Source: a virus
Taxonomy: Duplodnaviria; Heunggongvirae; Uroviricota; Caudoviricetes
IMG/VR virus record: IMGVR_UViG_3300017971_002799
Span: 1-64,000 of that record
Direction: 5' to 3' (one strand)
DNA length: 64,000 nt
Shown: positions 26,084 to 35,329 of the stretch, one piece after another
How positions within the stretch are numbered: the first letter of the stretch is position 1
How the letters are laid out: every line of letters starts with the position of its first letter
Position numbers and translations under genes: made by a program
Notes under the pieces: model-generated
The model's input: only the letters and a program-made list of their open reading frames with translations
Told to the model about the DNA's origin: nothing
Database searches by the model: none

Positions 26084-26677
26084 TTGTCCGTGTTGGACGA
26101 GCAATTTAAACAAGCCAGTAGCGATTTGGTAAGCAGCCTTAGAGAGATGTATAAAGATTGGGATGGTGTAAGTCAGTTCAATGATACAGAGAATCGACTA
26201 ATCCGATTGTTTGACGAATTCTGTTGGCCTCCCGATAAGATTGAGACTGCTTTGGATAAACACTTCAAAGCAACCTTTCCACATCAGTTTGATGAGATGC
26301 TGGTGTCAGGCCCTTTTAAAGTCTTCACTTTATGCCCACACCACTTAGTACACTGCGAACTCCAGACGACCATCGCTTATGTACCTAGTGACAATAAGGT
26401 ATTAGGCTTGTCGAAATTTATCAGAATAGCAGAAACGATGGCTCGCAGACCTATACTCCAAGAACAGTTCTGCAACGAACTTGCTTGTGAGTTTGAAAAG
26501 AGACTTCACCCCAAAGGCGTTGCTGTTTATGTCGTAGGTAAGCATGGATGCATGACTTCTCGAGGCGTTAGACAACACTCAAGAGTCACAACAAGTGTCT
26601 TAAAGGGGACATTTGAAACGCAAGCAGTAACGCGTGCAGAGTTCTTTGCCATAGCTAGAAACGGGAAGGTAGAATGA
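26084..26677 (+). CDS. folE: GTP cyclohydrolase I (FolE)
   Basis: CPHHLVHC (FolE CEHHLxPF zinc site); VLGLSKFIRIAETMARRPILQEQF (FolE GLSKxxRxVExxxRRLQVQE). Confidence 0.8.
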   Translation: MSVLDEQFKQASSDLVSSLREMYKDWDGVSQFNDTENRLIRLFDEFCWPPDKIETALDKHFKATFPHQFDEMLVSGPFKVFTLCPHHLVHCELQTTIAYVPSDNKVLGLSKFIRIAETMARRPILQEQFCNELACEFEKRLHPKGVAVYVVGKHGCMTSRGVRQHSRVTTSVLKGTFETQAVTRAEFFAIARNGKVE

Positions 26678-27630
26678 TCAGCGTTGATGAAGAACAGCTT
26701 GAGGTTGTTGAACACAAAGGCAGTACAATATGTGTTGCAGGTCCAGGAAGCGGTAAGACTCGAACATTGCTCGCCAAAGCCGAACGCCTCTACGAAAAAA
26801 ATAGAGATCTGATCTGTTTAACGTTTACAAGAGCAGCTGCTGAAGAATTAATAGACAGAATGCCAGGAATAACAGCTTCCACAATACACTCTTACTGTTG
26901 TAGAAATGTTGGTTGGAATGGTAGTTACGATAGACTTCTATTCGACTTTCAGAATCGGAAATACAAAGACAAATACGAATACGTTTGTATTGACGAAGTC
27001 CAAGACTTAACAATCGAACAAATGGATGTAGTACTCTCTATAGCTGGTGAGAAGATTTTTGCTATTGGAGACCCTTATCAATCAATTTATGGTTTTAACG
27101 GTGCTTTAGGTTTAGAAGCTATCAAAATGCTGAAGCAGTGGGGTTGTGAAGAATTTACATTACATAACAACTACCGAAGTGAACCTAAAATTGTTGATTT
27201 CCTAAACAAGATCTACGCAAGGAAGTTGATAAGTAAGGGTTTTAAAACCAATGGAAAGACAGCAATACTTTCTCGCACGAACAAGTTAGTCAAAGAGGTC
27301 TCTACACTCTTAAGAGGTTTGGGGATTGCTCATACTGTGAGATTTGGTAATGCCAGTGAGGGAGAGTCAAAAGAAACAAACTATGGCAGTGGCAACTTAA
27401 TTGTACAAACGTGTCATCAATCGAAAGGTACAGAGTTTGATTATATTCTCCTCTACAAGTGGGAACAACATCGCTTCCTTACAGACGAAGAAAAAAATCT
27501 TTTCTACGTAAGCGTTTCCAGAGCAAGTCATGGCTTTGCTCGTATATACAATAGACATCAGTTAATGGAAGCTTTAAAAACAGTAGGTCATGGCGAAAAA
27601 ACACAGTCAGGAAACTCGCAAGCGTCTTAG
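26674..27630 (+). CDS. minimal UvrD/Rep-like SF1 helicase
   Basis: Walker A GPGSGKT, motif II DEVQD, motif III GDPYQSIYGFNGA, motif V/VI-like CHQSKGTEFDYILL; lacks the 2B insertion. Confidence 0.6.
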   Translation: MISVDEEQLEVVEHKGSTICVAGPGSGKTRTLLAKAERLYEKNRDLICLTFTRAAAEELIDRMPGITASTIHSYCCRNVGWNGSYDRLLFDFQNRKYKDKYEYVCIDEVQDLTIEQMDVVLSIAGEKIFAIGDPYQSIYGFNGALGLEAIKMLKQWGCEEFTLHNNYRSEPKIVDFLNKIYARKLISKGFKTNGKTAILSRTNKLVKEVSTLLRGLGIAHTVRFGNASEGESKETNYGSGNLIVQTCHQSKGTEFDYILLYKWEQHRFLTDEEKNLFYVSVSRASHGFARIYNRHQLMEALKTVGHGEKTQSGNSQAS

Positions 27631-28009
27631 TGAAGCTGCTAAACGCCATTACGATAAGCACCCAGAGACGCGTATGCAAATAAGCCACACGCTTCGAGGC
27701 AAGCGTAAAAAACCAAATAAACAAGAAACCAGAGTTCTAAACTTCCTCAATAGAAAGTATCCAAATTGTTGGTGTTGGAATGGTGGTTGGCTAACTTTCG
27801 AAGGGAAGATACCCGATTTTATTCACGAGCCAAGTAAACTGAAAATAATTGAGTTCTTCGGTAACTACTGGCATAAACTAGAGGAAGAGGAAGAGAAAAT
27901 AAAATTCTACGCCAAGTTTGGTTACAAAGCTTTTATTATTTGGGAAACGGAGCTTGAAAACGCTTCCGGGATGGTAGAAAGACTTGATAAATTCATGCAG
28001 GAGGAGTAA
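27590..28009 (+). CDS. homing-endonuclease-like protein (NUMOD3-like N-terminus + Vsr/DUF559-type nuclease core)
   Basis: HSQETRKRLSEAAKRHY is NUMOD3-like; IPDFIHEPSKLKIIEFFGNYWH matches the Vsr-type D...E.FDG.YWH motif. Confidence 0.4.
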   Translation: MAKKHSQETRKRLSEAAKRHYDKHPETRMQISHTLRGKRKKPNKQETRVLNFLNRKYPNCWCWNGGWLTFEGKIPDFIHEPSKLKIIEFFGNYWHKLEEEEEKIKFYAKFGYKAFIIWETELENASGMVERLDKFMQEE

Positions 28010-28741
28010 ATGTTACTATCATTGGAAATACCAACGGGGATGTTAAAATTGATAACACCGTTAACGGACTTCGAATTCGCCTTAACACACCTTGTACTAA
28101 GCGATCAGGAGTATCAAAAACATTACGCGGAATCCGCAAACTTCAAAATTCTCGACAACTCTGTTAATGAAACCGGTACTCCCACCACGATTGCGGAACT
28201 GGAAGAAGCTGCGAGGATTATTCTACCAGATGTGATTTGTCCACCAGACTATTTTCTAGATGCTGACAAAACTCTGGACGCTCTAGAGGACTCGCAAGAT
28301 GTTTTCGACTTTGAAAAAATTCTACCAATTCTCCAAGGAGACTCCCACGATGTCGCTACTGATTGCGCTTGGGAAATACATAAAATGGGGTTCAACAAAC
28401 TAGCAATCCCGTATAGTATAACAAAAGATAGAAAAGCTGACTCTAGAGATAGTATGGCGGAAGCTCGTTATAACATTATCTATACTATATCTGGGCTGTT
28501 CGAGTGGATACATCTTTTGGGCGTGACTACACTAGACGAGCTCGGGGCTTATAGTGAGTTTCGCAACGTTTCCACTCTTGATACAGGAGTACCGATTACA
28601 GCTGCTTTTAAAGACTATAGCTTAGCAAGTCAAGAGTTACACCCCAAGAGTCAAAAGATGGTTTGGGATGGAGAGATTACTCCTGCGATTTGCAATCTAG
28701 CGCTCTACAACATAGCGTACCTAAGAACAGCTATGGTATAA
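28010..28741 (+). CDS. TGT-family DNA transglycosylase DpdA-like protein (paralog 1)
   Basis: FKILDNS aligns with the TGT DSGG loop; ILPILQGDSHDVATDCAWEIHKMGFNKLAIPYS aligns with TGT GIVQGGxYxDLRxxSxxxLxxxGFDGYAIGG; lies next to the preQ0 synthesis genes. Confidence 0.4.
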   Translation: MLLSLEIPTGMLKLITPLTDFEFALTHLVLSDQEYQKHYAESANFKILDNSVNETGTPTTIAELEEAARIILPDVICPPDYFLDADKTLDALEDSQDVFDFEKILPILQGDSHDVATDCAWEIHKMGFNKLAIPYSITKDRKADSRDSMAEARYNIIYTISGLFEWIHLLGVTTLDELGAYSEFRNVSTLDTGVPITAAFKDYSLASQELHPKSQKMVWDGEITPAICNLALYNIAYLRTAMV

Positions 28742-29009
28742 GAAGGTGCGGTGCCCTCGGAAGACCTAGGAGGTGTAGACCCCCGTATCACGCGATTACA
28801 TTCGCAGGGTGGAAGTCCTTTTTAAGATAACGGGTAAGGCTGCTCCTAGAGTCTGAATGTCTTGCTTGCTAGCGAAGTGAGGATATAAACTGTATGATCT
28901 AGAGACCTCGTGGGGAGATAGAATTCTCCATGCAGTTGGGTGTGCTTGGGTGAAAAGTGCCGAGCCCAATAGTCGGCCTACCGCATCTTAATGAAGAAGT
29001 GGTTGAGGA

Positions 29010-29588
29010 GTGGGAGAAAATAAAATGATTGAAGTGGAAAAAATTTATGACGACATAAGGACTGAAGGATTGTACTGTGGTACTCCTATGACCTTTGTCA
29101 AACTAGGTTTGGGTACTGAATATCCAAGCTGTAGACAGCTTCTAGAGAATGTTGTTCTCTTGGGAAGAAGAAGATGGGTTTGTCTAATCGGTGAGAATAC
29201 TACAAGAGCTGGTATAGGAAGATTCTTCGAAGGTTTAAAGTCTTTTGGTTTCTCTAGCGAGGTAGTTATTACTGGTAATAGAAAAGAGCCCGGTTGGAGA
29301 AACAAAACCACAAGCATTATAGTAGAACTCGGAGAGGAACTTCGATACGACCTTACAACTCTTAGAATGGGAGATGCTATTCGAATCTCTTTACATACTG
29401 TTGATGATGTAAAGAATATTCAATCTGTATTGGATAGATTCGAAGAAGATCCTTTCTGGAAGTTTCTCTTCATCGACCCTGTTCTAGGAAAGGGTGAAAA
29501 AAGGAATCTCGTCTTGAAACGTATGATCATGGAAGCTGCCGAAGCTGCTAACAAGTGTGAGAAAGCGAGGGTTTTCTGGAATGTTTGA
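29010..29588 (+). CDS. QueE-like paralog lacking the radical-SAM CxxxCxxC triad
   Basis: Aligns with the QueE of this window (IYDDIRTEGLYCGTPMTFVKLGLG vs [24 protein letters not shown]; RRRWVCLIGEN vs [11 protein letters not shown]; GFSSEVVITGN vs [10 protein letters not shown]), but the CNLKCKYC site is replaced by LGTEYPSC. Confidence 0.45.
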   Translation: MGENKMIEVEKIYDDIRTEGLYCGTPMTFVKLGLGTEYPSCRQLLENVVLLGRRRWVCLIGENTTRAGIGRFFEGLKSFGFSSEVVITGNRKEPGWRNKTTSIIVELGEELRYDLTTLRMGDAIRISLHTVDDVKNIQSVLDRFEEDPFWKFLFIDPVLGKGEKRNLVLKRMIMEAAEAANKCEKARVFWNV

Positions 29589-29737
29589 TATATCTTTACA
29601 CACCAAAATAAAGTACTGGATTCAAGTTAAATTAGGACAGAAGCTTTGCTCAGGTCACAAAGTTTATCCTAACGGAGTAAGTTGTCCTGGTTGTCGAGAT
29701 TGTAAGTAGATAAACAACACCAAGTAAAAGGAGTAGG

Positions 29738-30706
29738 ATGTTAGCACAAGCCGTAATAGCAACTCCGGCTGAAGAAACGCATGCACCAGGATTTTCTGTA
29801 ACACAAGCTTCCCCGTGTTCTTATGCTACCTATTTAAACTACCATAAACTGGATCCTAAAGAAAGAGACGAGAGCGCTCATCTCACTTTCGAGGACGGAC
29901 ACGAGCAGGAAGCATCAATTGTAAAACAACTGGCACGTGCAGGCTTTGCTATGCGTTTCACAGGCGAGGATCAGTTGGAAGTCAAAGTCGGACGATCCGA
30001 AGTTCCAGGACATCCTGATGGTCTTGTAACACCTAAAGCTAAAGAGCTAATGCTTGAAATCAAAGCGATGCACGACTACAGATTTCAAACTGTTAGAGAA
30101 AAAGGTCTCACATTCGAGCCTCTTATTTACAATCAAGTTCAGATGTACATGCCTGGTTTAGAACAAACATTTGGTATTAAGGTTGAAGGTACTCTCCTCT
30201 ATTGTAAGAACAAGAACACTTGCGATCCCTTTGACATGTTTGTCGAAAGAGACGATTCATATTCCAAACCCATTATCGAGGCTATGGACGAAATCATTTT
30301 AGGTAATTGGGAACCTAAACCAGAAGTTTGTCAAATATGCACGACGTGTAGACACTCTAAGTTCTGTTGGGGCGCTCCAGTCCTTGATTTTACTGGCGGA
30401 CGTGTAATAACAGATCAACAACTTGTAGAGAAATGGATGCAAGGAAAGTCTTATAAGACTATGGGTGAAGAGCTCTACGAACAAGCGAGAGAGCAGATGA
30501 AGAAGCTTCTTGGAACAGACGATGTCATCTACTTTGAAGCTACCTTTGGGGAAAATGTAATTGTTGTTGAAGCTAAGTTAACACCTACTACCTATAGAAA
30601 CTTTAGTTCTGGTAAATACGCAAAGATACACGGAGTCAAATATTTGGAAGACTGTTACAACATTACAGATAGCTTTCAATTCAGAACACAAGAGATAATA
30701 AAGTGA
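29738..30706 (+). CDS. Cas4/RecB-family PD-(D/E)xK nuclease with Fe-S cysteine cluster
   Basis: N-terminal SPCSY cysteine; HPDGLV...LEIKAM (D..E.K); C-terminal CQICTTC...C cluster. Confidence 0.5.
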   Translation: MLAQAVIATPAEETHAPGFSVTQASPCSYATYLNYHKLDPKERDESAHLTFEDGHEQEASIVKQLARAGFAMRFTGEDQLEVKVGRSEVPGHPDGLVTPKAKELMLEIKAMHDYRFQTVREKGLTFEPLIYNQVQMYMPGLEQTFGIKVEGTLLYCKNKNTCDPFDMFVERDDSYSKPIIEAMDEIILGNWEPKPEVCQICTTCRHSKFCWGAPVLDFTGGRVITDQQLVEKWMQGKSYKTMGEELYEQAREQMKKLLGTDDVIYFEATFGENVIVVEAKLTPTTYRNFSSGKYAKIHGVKYLEDCYNITDSFQFRTQEIIK

Positions 30707-31077
30707 GTCAAGATAAAATGAGATACCGACCTTCAAGAGTAACTAAATCGATTCTCGATATGAGAATTCAGGCATATGAAAATAAGGGCTTTGCTAAAAC
30801 AAAGTGGATAGAGTTCTGTGAATTGATGTTAGCTAAAGGATTCATCCTACACATGTATGAAGCGAAGTCTACAGTCTCAAAGTATATTACAGTATCTCAT
30901 CCGAGTAAGCCTGGTAAGCGTTTCAGAGTAAGATTCTCTAATCACAAACCTATTAAGCATCGTGAACTAAATGGTGATTGTGATTTCTTTGTAGGTATTA
31001 CTAACTTAGCTACTACTAATACTGAACAAGCTATCGAAGCAACTCTAAAACATTTTTCGGTTGGGGTTAATGCTTAA
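30703..31077 (+). CDS. hypothetical protein
   Basis: ORF track; start overlaps the upstream stop. Confidence 0.5.
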   Translation: MSQDKMRYRPSRVTKSILDMRIQAYENKGFAKTKWIEFCELMLAKGFILHMYEAKSTVSKYITVSHPSKPGKRFRVRFSNHKPIKHRELNGDCDFFVGITNLATTNTEQAIEATLKHFSVGVNA

Positions 31078-31294
31078 CATAGCTGACATTAGATTCGGAG
31101 ATAAGGTACACTATAAACCACCTTACTACGGCGAGGATAGGTGGGAGAATGGTAAAGTAAAAGAAATACGTTCGGATGTAGACGATGCGATATGGGTAGT
31201 ATTCCACTGCGCAGGAGAATGGGAAAGATTTACAGAATACACTGCTGCAATGACTAAAATAAAAGACCTATACCCAGGGTGGAGACATGGCTAG
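31061..31294 (+). CDS. hypothetical protein
   Basis: ORF track. Confidence 0.45.
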   Translation: MGLMLNIADIRFGDKVHYKPPYYGEDRWENGKVKEIRSDVDDAIWVVFHCAGEWERFTEYTAAMTKIKDLYPGWRHG

Positions 31295-31505
31295 CTTTAC
31301 TTGTGATAATTCGAACTGTCTTCACCAGTGGGACGACGACATCATGGAAGGTAGAATCGAATGCCCCAAGTGTGGATTGTCACGTCCTAGAGTAATAAGA
31401 GCTACCTTTATTGAGCTAAATAGATCATGTACAACAATGGAATTCAATTTCGGACCTGGGCAGAGATATGGAACCCCTGTATATCACCTTAGCCAGAACA
31501 ACTAG
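31287..31505 (+). CDS. hypothetical zinc-ribbon protein
   Basis: CDNSNCLHQW...CPKCG motifs. Confidence 0.45.
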   Translation: MASFTCDNSNCLHQWDDDIMEGRIECPKCGLSRPRVIRATFIELNRSCTTMEFNFGPGQRYGTPVYHLSQNN

Positions 31506-31686
31506 CAAGCTATTACAACTCAAAGCTTACTATACACACGAGGGAAAGCTTTATTGCTTCGACTGTGGAGTAGGTCCTACTCTTATAGAAAACAGTTTAG
31601 AGTGGATAGAGCCGGGCACTTCAGCACATGAGGCTAGTATTATAATCGATGAAGTTGAAGACTGGCTAAAGAAGCGTAAAAAATGA
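31468..31686 (+). CDS. hypothetical protein
   Basis: ORF track; CFDCG motif. Confidence 0.4.
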   Translation: MEPLYITLARTTSKLLQLKAYYTHEGKLYCFDCGVGPTLIENSLEWIEPGTSAHEASIIIDEVEDWLKKRKK

Positions 31687-31721
31687 ATTACAAGGGGAAG
31701 TATTATTAAAAGGAGGTTAAA

Positions 31722-31850
31722 ATGAATTTATGGAACTTTGGTAACAAGGGGCCGCGCTACAATCGAGGGAAGAAGTTTAAATACAACTGGGGCTTCTTCC
31801 TAATGGCAGCTGCTATCATAGGTGCCATCATTCTATTCGTAACGAAGTGA
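31722..31850 (+). CDS. small membrane protein (42 aa)
   Basis: Not in the ORF track; SD aaaggaggttaaaATG; sequence MNLWNFGNKGPRYNRGKKFKYNWGFFLMAAAIIGAIILFVTK. Confidence 0.4.
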   Translation: MNLWNFGNKGPRYNRGKKFKYNWGFFLMAAAIIGAIILFVTK

Positions 31851-31857
31851 GGAAACA

Positions 31858-32253
31858 ATGCTATATATTTGTAAGAGATTCAAATTCGATGCCGCACATC
31901 GACTACCGCATTATAACGGGCCCTGTAAAAATCTTCATGGACATACCTACTTCCTAGATGTGAAGGTAAGCGGTCCGAAACAAGTAGAAGGACCTTGCAA
32001 AGGTATGATAATGGACTTCTCCATCTTGAAGACTGTAATACAAGAGAACGTCATCAGTCTGTATGATCATAACGATCTTAATAACTTCTTTAGTAACCCT
32101 ACTGCCGAGTTAATGGTTGAACAAATCTGGTATGACATCGTGGGTCAACTCGAGTTCAAAGGGGTTGTTCTAGAGGAATTAAGACTATGGGAAACTCCTG
32201 ATAGCTATGCAGAGATGAAAAGAGATCTTCCAGGAGTTGTAGGACCTTTATAA
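31858..32253 (+). CDS. queD: 6-carboxy-5,6,7,8-tetrahydropterin synthase QueD
   Basis: FDAAHRLPHYNGPCKNLHGHTY carries the QueD/PTPS zinc motif Cx5HGH; size 131 aa. Confidence 0.8.
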   Translation: MLYICKRFKFDAAHRLPHYNGPCKNLHGHTYFLDVKVSGPKQVEGPCKGMIMDFSILKTVIQENVISLYDHNDLNNFFSNPTAELMVEQIWYDIVGQLEFKGVVLEELRLWETPDSYAEMKRDLPGVVGPL

Positions 32254-32576
32254 TGGAATTCATTCACGCTAATTGCGGCGGGGACATTAGGGATAGAGTG
32301 TGTCAAGGCTGTGGTAAAAAGTGGGGCCTTGCAGCATATATGTCTGCAACGGATATTAGACCAAAGCCTGTCAGTCGGGAGGAGAGATTGGCTAAGTTAG
32401 CTGAGAAGCCACCGAAACCTGTTACCACTTATGCTTCTTGGGCTGACAATATCCCTTTTGTTCCCGTCATAGCAAAGTTATACCCCAACTGGCCTAGGAA
32501 GTGGAGGATTTTATCCTTTGTAATCTTCTATGGGATAATCATAACAGGAATTATATATTGGATAAAAACATGTTAG
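32253..32576 (+). CDS. zinc-ribbon protein with C-terminal TM helix
   Basis: CGGD...CQGCG motif; C-terminal ILSFVIFYGIIITGIIYWI. Confidence 0.45.
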   Translation: MEFIHANCGGDIRDRVCQGCGKKWGLAAYMSATDIRPKPVSREERLAKLAEKPPKPVTTYASWADNIPFVPVIAKLYPNWPRKWRILSFVIFYGIIITGIIYWIKTC

Positions 32577-32872
32577 GAGGAAAAATGAAAAAGGGACAGT
32601 TAATCGCAAAGCTTTTCATATTCACTGCAGGTATGGTATGGATGTTACTCTTTTTGTATATCTGTATCGTTTGCTTTGACTTCTTCAGAGAAGTTATGTT
32701 TGCCTACGGTGAAATAGACTTGGATAACTGGTTTATGACTGTGCTAGAGACATGGTATTTGCTTACCTGTATCGCTAGCGGCATCTGGCTTGCTCGCAGA
32801 ATGTTTCTAGTCGTTGGAGAATGGCAAAGGGAGAAGGTAAATGGTAATGGAAACCAAAAATCCAATTCTTAA
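32501..32872 (+). CDS. small membrane protein (likely true start MKKGQL at 32586)
   Basis: Two TM helices; SD ttaggaggaaaaATG precedes the ATG at 32586. Confidence 0.45.
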   Translation: MEDFILCNLLWDNHNRNYILDKNMLGGKMKKGQLIAKLFIFTAGMVWMLLFLYICIVCFDFFREVMFAYGEIDLDNWFMTVLETWYLLTCIASGIWLARRMFLVVGEWQREKVNGNGNQKSNS

Positions 32873-33554
32873 AGTAAACGAAGTTTTTTACTCCATTCAG
32901 GGAGAAGGTCTCACTGCAGGCGAGCCTACAATCTTTGTCAGACTTCAAGGGTGTAACTTAAAATGCAAGTACTGCGATACCACTTACGCACAAAACGGCG
33001 CTAGGGGTCTTCTTATAGGTACAGACGAGATCGTTAACTTGGTAAAGTCCCGATCAGAAAATAGTGTAATCGGAAAACGCTGGGTTTGTATTACCGGCGG
33101 CGAACCTCTCAAACAAATGATAGCGTTAGGGAGTCTAGTTCCTAAATTAAAGAAAGAAGGCTTCCTTATTGAGATAGAAACAAACGGGACTTATCTAAAA
33201 CCCTCCTGGTTTAACACTATCGACTCCTGGGTAGCTGATATAAAGTGTCCCTCTTCTAACTACTCCCCAACTGAAGGCATGATAACACTTTGGTTAAACA
33301 GTAGAGAACAAGATCAAGTAAAATTCGTTGTGGATAGTCATGAAGATCTACGCTTCGTAAGAAGACTACTCACAGAAGGATTTAACAACCGAAAGTACTT
33401 CAAGCCCAAGATACTGGTTAGTCCAGCTGCTAACGAGGATGCAGAGTTTAATCGAGACTGGATGGAAGAGGTCGTCGAGTTCTGTAAAGAATTGAACATT
33501 CGATTTTCTTTACAGATACATAAACTCATTTGGAAAAATAGAATAGGAGTTTAA
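32841..33554 (+). CDS. queE: 7-carboxy-7-deazaguanine synthase QueE (radical SAM)
   Basis: [32 protein letters not shown] (CxxxCxxC); GGEP motif; size 237 aa. Confidence 0.85.
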   Translation: MVMETKNPILKVNEVFYSIQGEGLTAGEPTIFVRLQGCNLKCKYCDTTYAQNGARGLLIGTDEIVNLVKSRSENSVIGKRWVCITGGEPLKQMIALGSLVPKLKKEGFLIEIETNGTYLKPSWFNTIDSWVADIKCPSSNYSPTEGMITLWLNSREQDQVKFVVDSHEDLRFVRRLLTEGFNNRKYFKPKILVSPAANEDAEFNRDWMEEVVEFCKELNIRFSLQIHKLIWKNRIGV

Positions 33555-33555
33555 A

Positions 33556-33981
33556 GTGCAACAATTTGGCGAGAAGGATAGAATAGATATGGGAAAGAAT
33601 AGATTTAAATTTCTACAAAGGGTTGCAGGAGGTGAGTCTGGTAGTATGACAGGAAAGGCCAAAAGAGACTTCATGCAGGCCGCGGAGACTATGGATAAAG
33701 AAGACTTCCTTGGCCAGTTACTGGAGCAGTGGTATCCTATCATCAAAAAAGATGCCGATCCGGATGAAGAAGTAAAGAAAGCTAGAAAGCGCATAAACAG
33801 TAACTGGTTCAAAAACGTCTTCGACAAAGTCGGCATCACTGATGAGGATATCAAGCAAGTAATCCTCGATATACAGAAAGTTAAACCTGAAGTCGCGAAG
33901 AATGAAGGACCGAAGGTTGGAAGAAACGAGCTTTGTCCTTGTGGTAGCGGTAAGAAATTTAAACGCTGTTGCGGAGCGTAG
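33556..33981 (+). CDS. SEC-C motif protein
   Basis: The C-terminal [14 protein letters not shown] is identical in form to the SecA C-terminal metal-binding (SEC-C) motif. Confidence 0.5.
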   Translation: MQQFGEKDRIDMGKNRFKFLQRVAGGESGSMTGKAKRDFMQAAETMDKEDFLGQLLEQWYPIIKKDADPDEEVKKARKRINSNWFKNVFDKVGITDEDIKQVILDIQKVKPEVAKNEGPKVGRNELCPCGSGKKFKRCCGA

Positions 33982-34271
33982 CGATGAACCAAAGTATATT
34001 CGGGTTAATACTTATAGTAATCATCATGTGCGTAGCGATTGTATTACTACCCATAGGTATGGACGCTGTCTTTGGAGAAGATGAGTGTAAACTCAGTGAC
34101 TGCAATCTACCAGCTCCTAATTACTTATCACATAAGTACAAGAGAATAGCATACGCCCCGCCGGCTACATATGTGACTTCATACTATGTACACTGTACTG
34201 ACGGTAGGGAGCTACAGATCACAAAGGATAAGTATGACTCCTTATACTGGCTAGGAGAGAATCCAACATAA
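33969..34271 (+). CDS. small membrane protein
   Basis: TM helix [21 protein letters not shown]. Confidence 0.45.
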   Translation: MRSVAMNQSIFGLILIVIIMCVAIVLLPIGMDAVFGEDECKLSDCNLPAPNYLSHKYKRIAYAPPATYVTSYYVHCTDGRELQITKDKYDSLYWLGENPT

Positions 34272-34513
34272 TGTTCGGCTGGAAGACAGTGAAAAACTGG
34301 CTACTGATGTTAGGTATTATTCCACTTAACATAGTATGGGTATTTATATTGGGACAGGTAGGCACACACTGGCCTAGTTTCCTACCCAACTGGCTTTGGC
34401 GGCTATTTGGTTCGTGTTGGATAGTTGCTTACCTATACATATTCTGGAGGCTCTGTAAGCCAGCTTTGAAGAAACTTTGGGATGACATTCGAAAGATCGG
34501 TGATGTGAAATGA
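34271..34513 (+). CDS. small membrane protein
   Basis: Two TM helices. Confidence 0.45.
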   Translation: MFGWKTVKNWLLMLGIIPLNIVWVFILGQVGTHWPSFLPNWLWRLFGSCWIVAYLYIFWRLCKPALKKLWDDIRKIGDVK

Positions 34514-34830
34514 AGTGGATCACGCGATACGAAGTGAAGCCTGAGTGGGCCACAACTCTTATCTGGGTTTGGGTTTGTTTAAACGTTCTAGACTACATCA
34601 CTACAGTTGTGGGAATTCAAAACGGTTTAAACGAAGGAAACCCTCTCGTAATTCCTTTTGCAGCCAACCCACTTAGCCTAGCTGGCCTAAAAATATTCGG
34701 AGCTTTATTTGTCATATTTTGGGCTCAGAAGTTTAAGTTGTGGGAAATGTTCAAGCTGCTTGTCCTTTTCTTATGGATCGTTTGTGCTTGGAACCTTCTT
34801 TGTTTATTAACAGTAATACCAGAAGGGTAA
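34510..34830 (+). CDS. small membrane protein
   Basis: Three TM helices. Confidence 0.45.
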   Translation: MKWITRYEVKPEWATTLIWVWVCLNVLDYITTVVGIQNGLNEGNPLVIPFAANPLSLAGLKIFGALFVIFWAQKFKLWEMFKLLVLFLWIVCAWNLLCLLTVIPEG

Positions 34831-34831
34831 A

Positions 34832-35329
34832 ATGAAGTTTAAACTCACAATAGACATGATCCCCGCTTGTAACTGGGGTGAGAATCTGCATAACTATCTC
34901 GACGCTCCAATCTGGGATTCTGTTAGAAGAGAAGTCTATACTCACTTCAATCTTAGATGTGCAATCTGTGGCGCATCAAATACAAAACTACACTGTCATG
35001 AAGACTGGGATATCAATGACAAGAAGTGTGCCCAAAAGCTTAGAGGCTTTCTCGCTCTCTGCGAAGATTGTCATAACGTAAAACATTGGGGGAGAACCAC
35101 AGCTGTTATAGAACAAGGGAAGTTAGATCCCTATTACAAAATAACTCTAACTAAACACTTCTGTCGAGTCAACGATTGTGGCACAAGTGATTTTGAGAAA
35201 CACGCCGCAGAAGCTAGATCTAAATGGTCTTTTAGAGCAAACAGAAGATATAAACTGAACTGGGGCAAGTTTAGTCCCGATAGAATAACAAGGGAGTATA
35301 TGAAACAAAATGCTAAGCGAAAACGCTAA
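34832..35329 (+). CDS. HNH endonuclease-like protein
   Basis: CAICGASNTKLHCHEDWD...CEDCHNVKH (HNH His-Asn-His with zinc cysteines). Confidence 0.5.
   Translation: MKFKLTIDMIPACNWGENLHNYLDAPIWDSVRREVYTHFNLRCAICGASNTKLHCHEDWDINDKKCAQKLRGFLALCEDCHNVKHWGRTTAVIEQGKLDPYYKITLTKHFCRVNDCGTSDFEKHAAEARSKWSFRANRRYKLNWGKFSPDRITREYMKQNAKRKR

Noticed and set aside
33510-33992. 160-aa minus-strand ORF inside the plus block
   Set aside because: Antisense to the QueE 3' end and the SEC-C gene; Ser/Leu/Phe-rich shadow frame.
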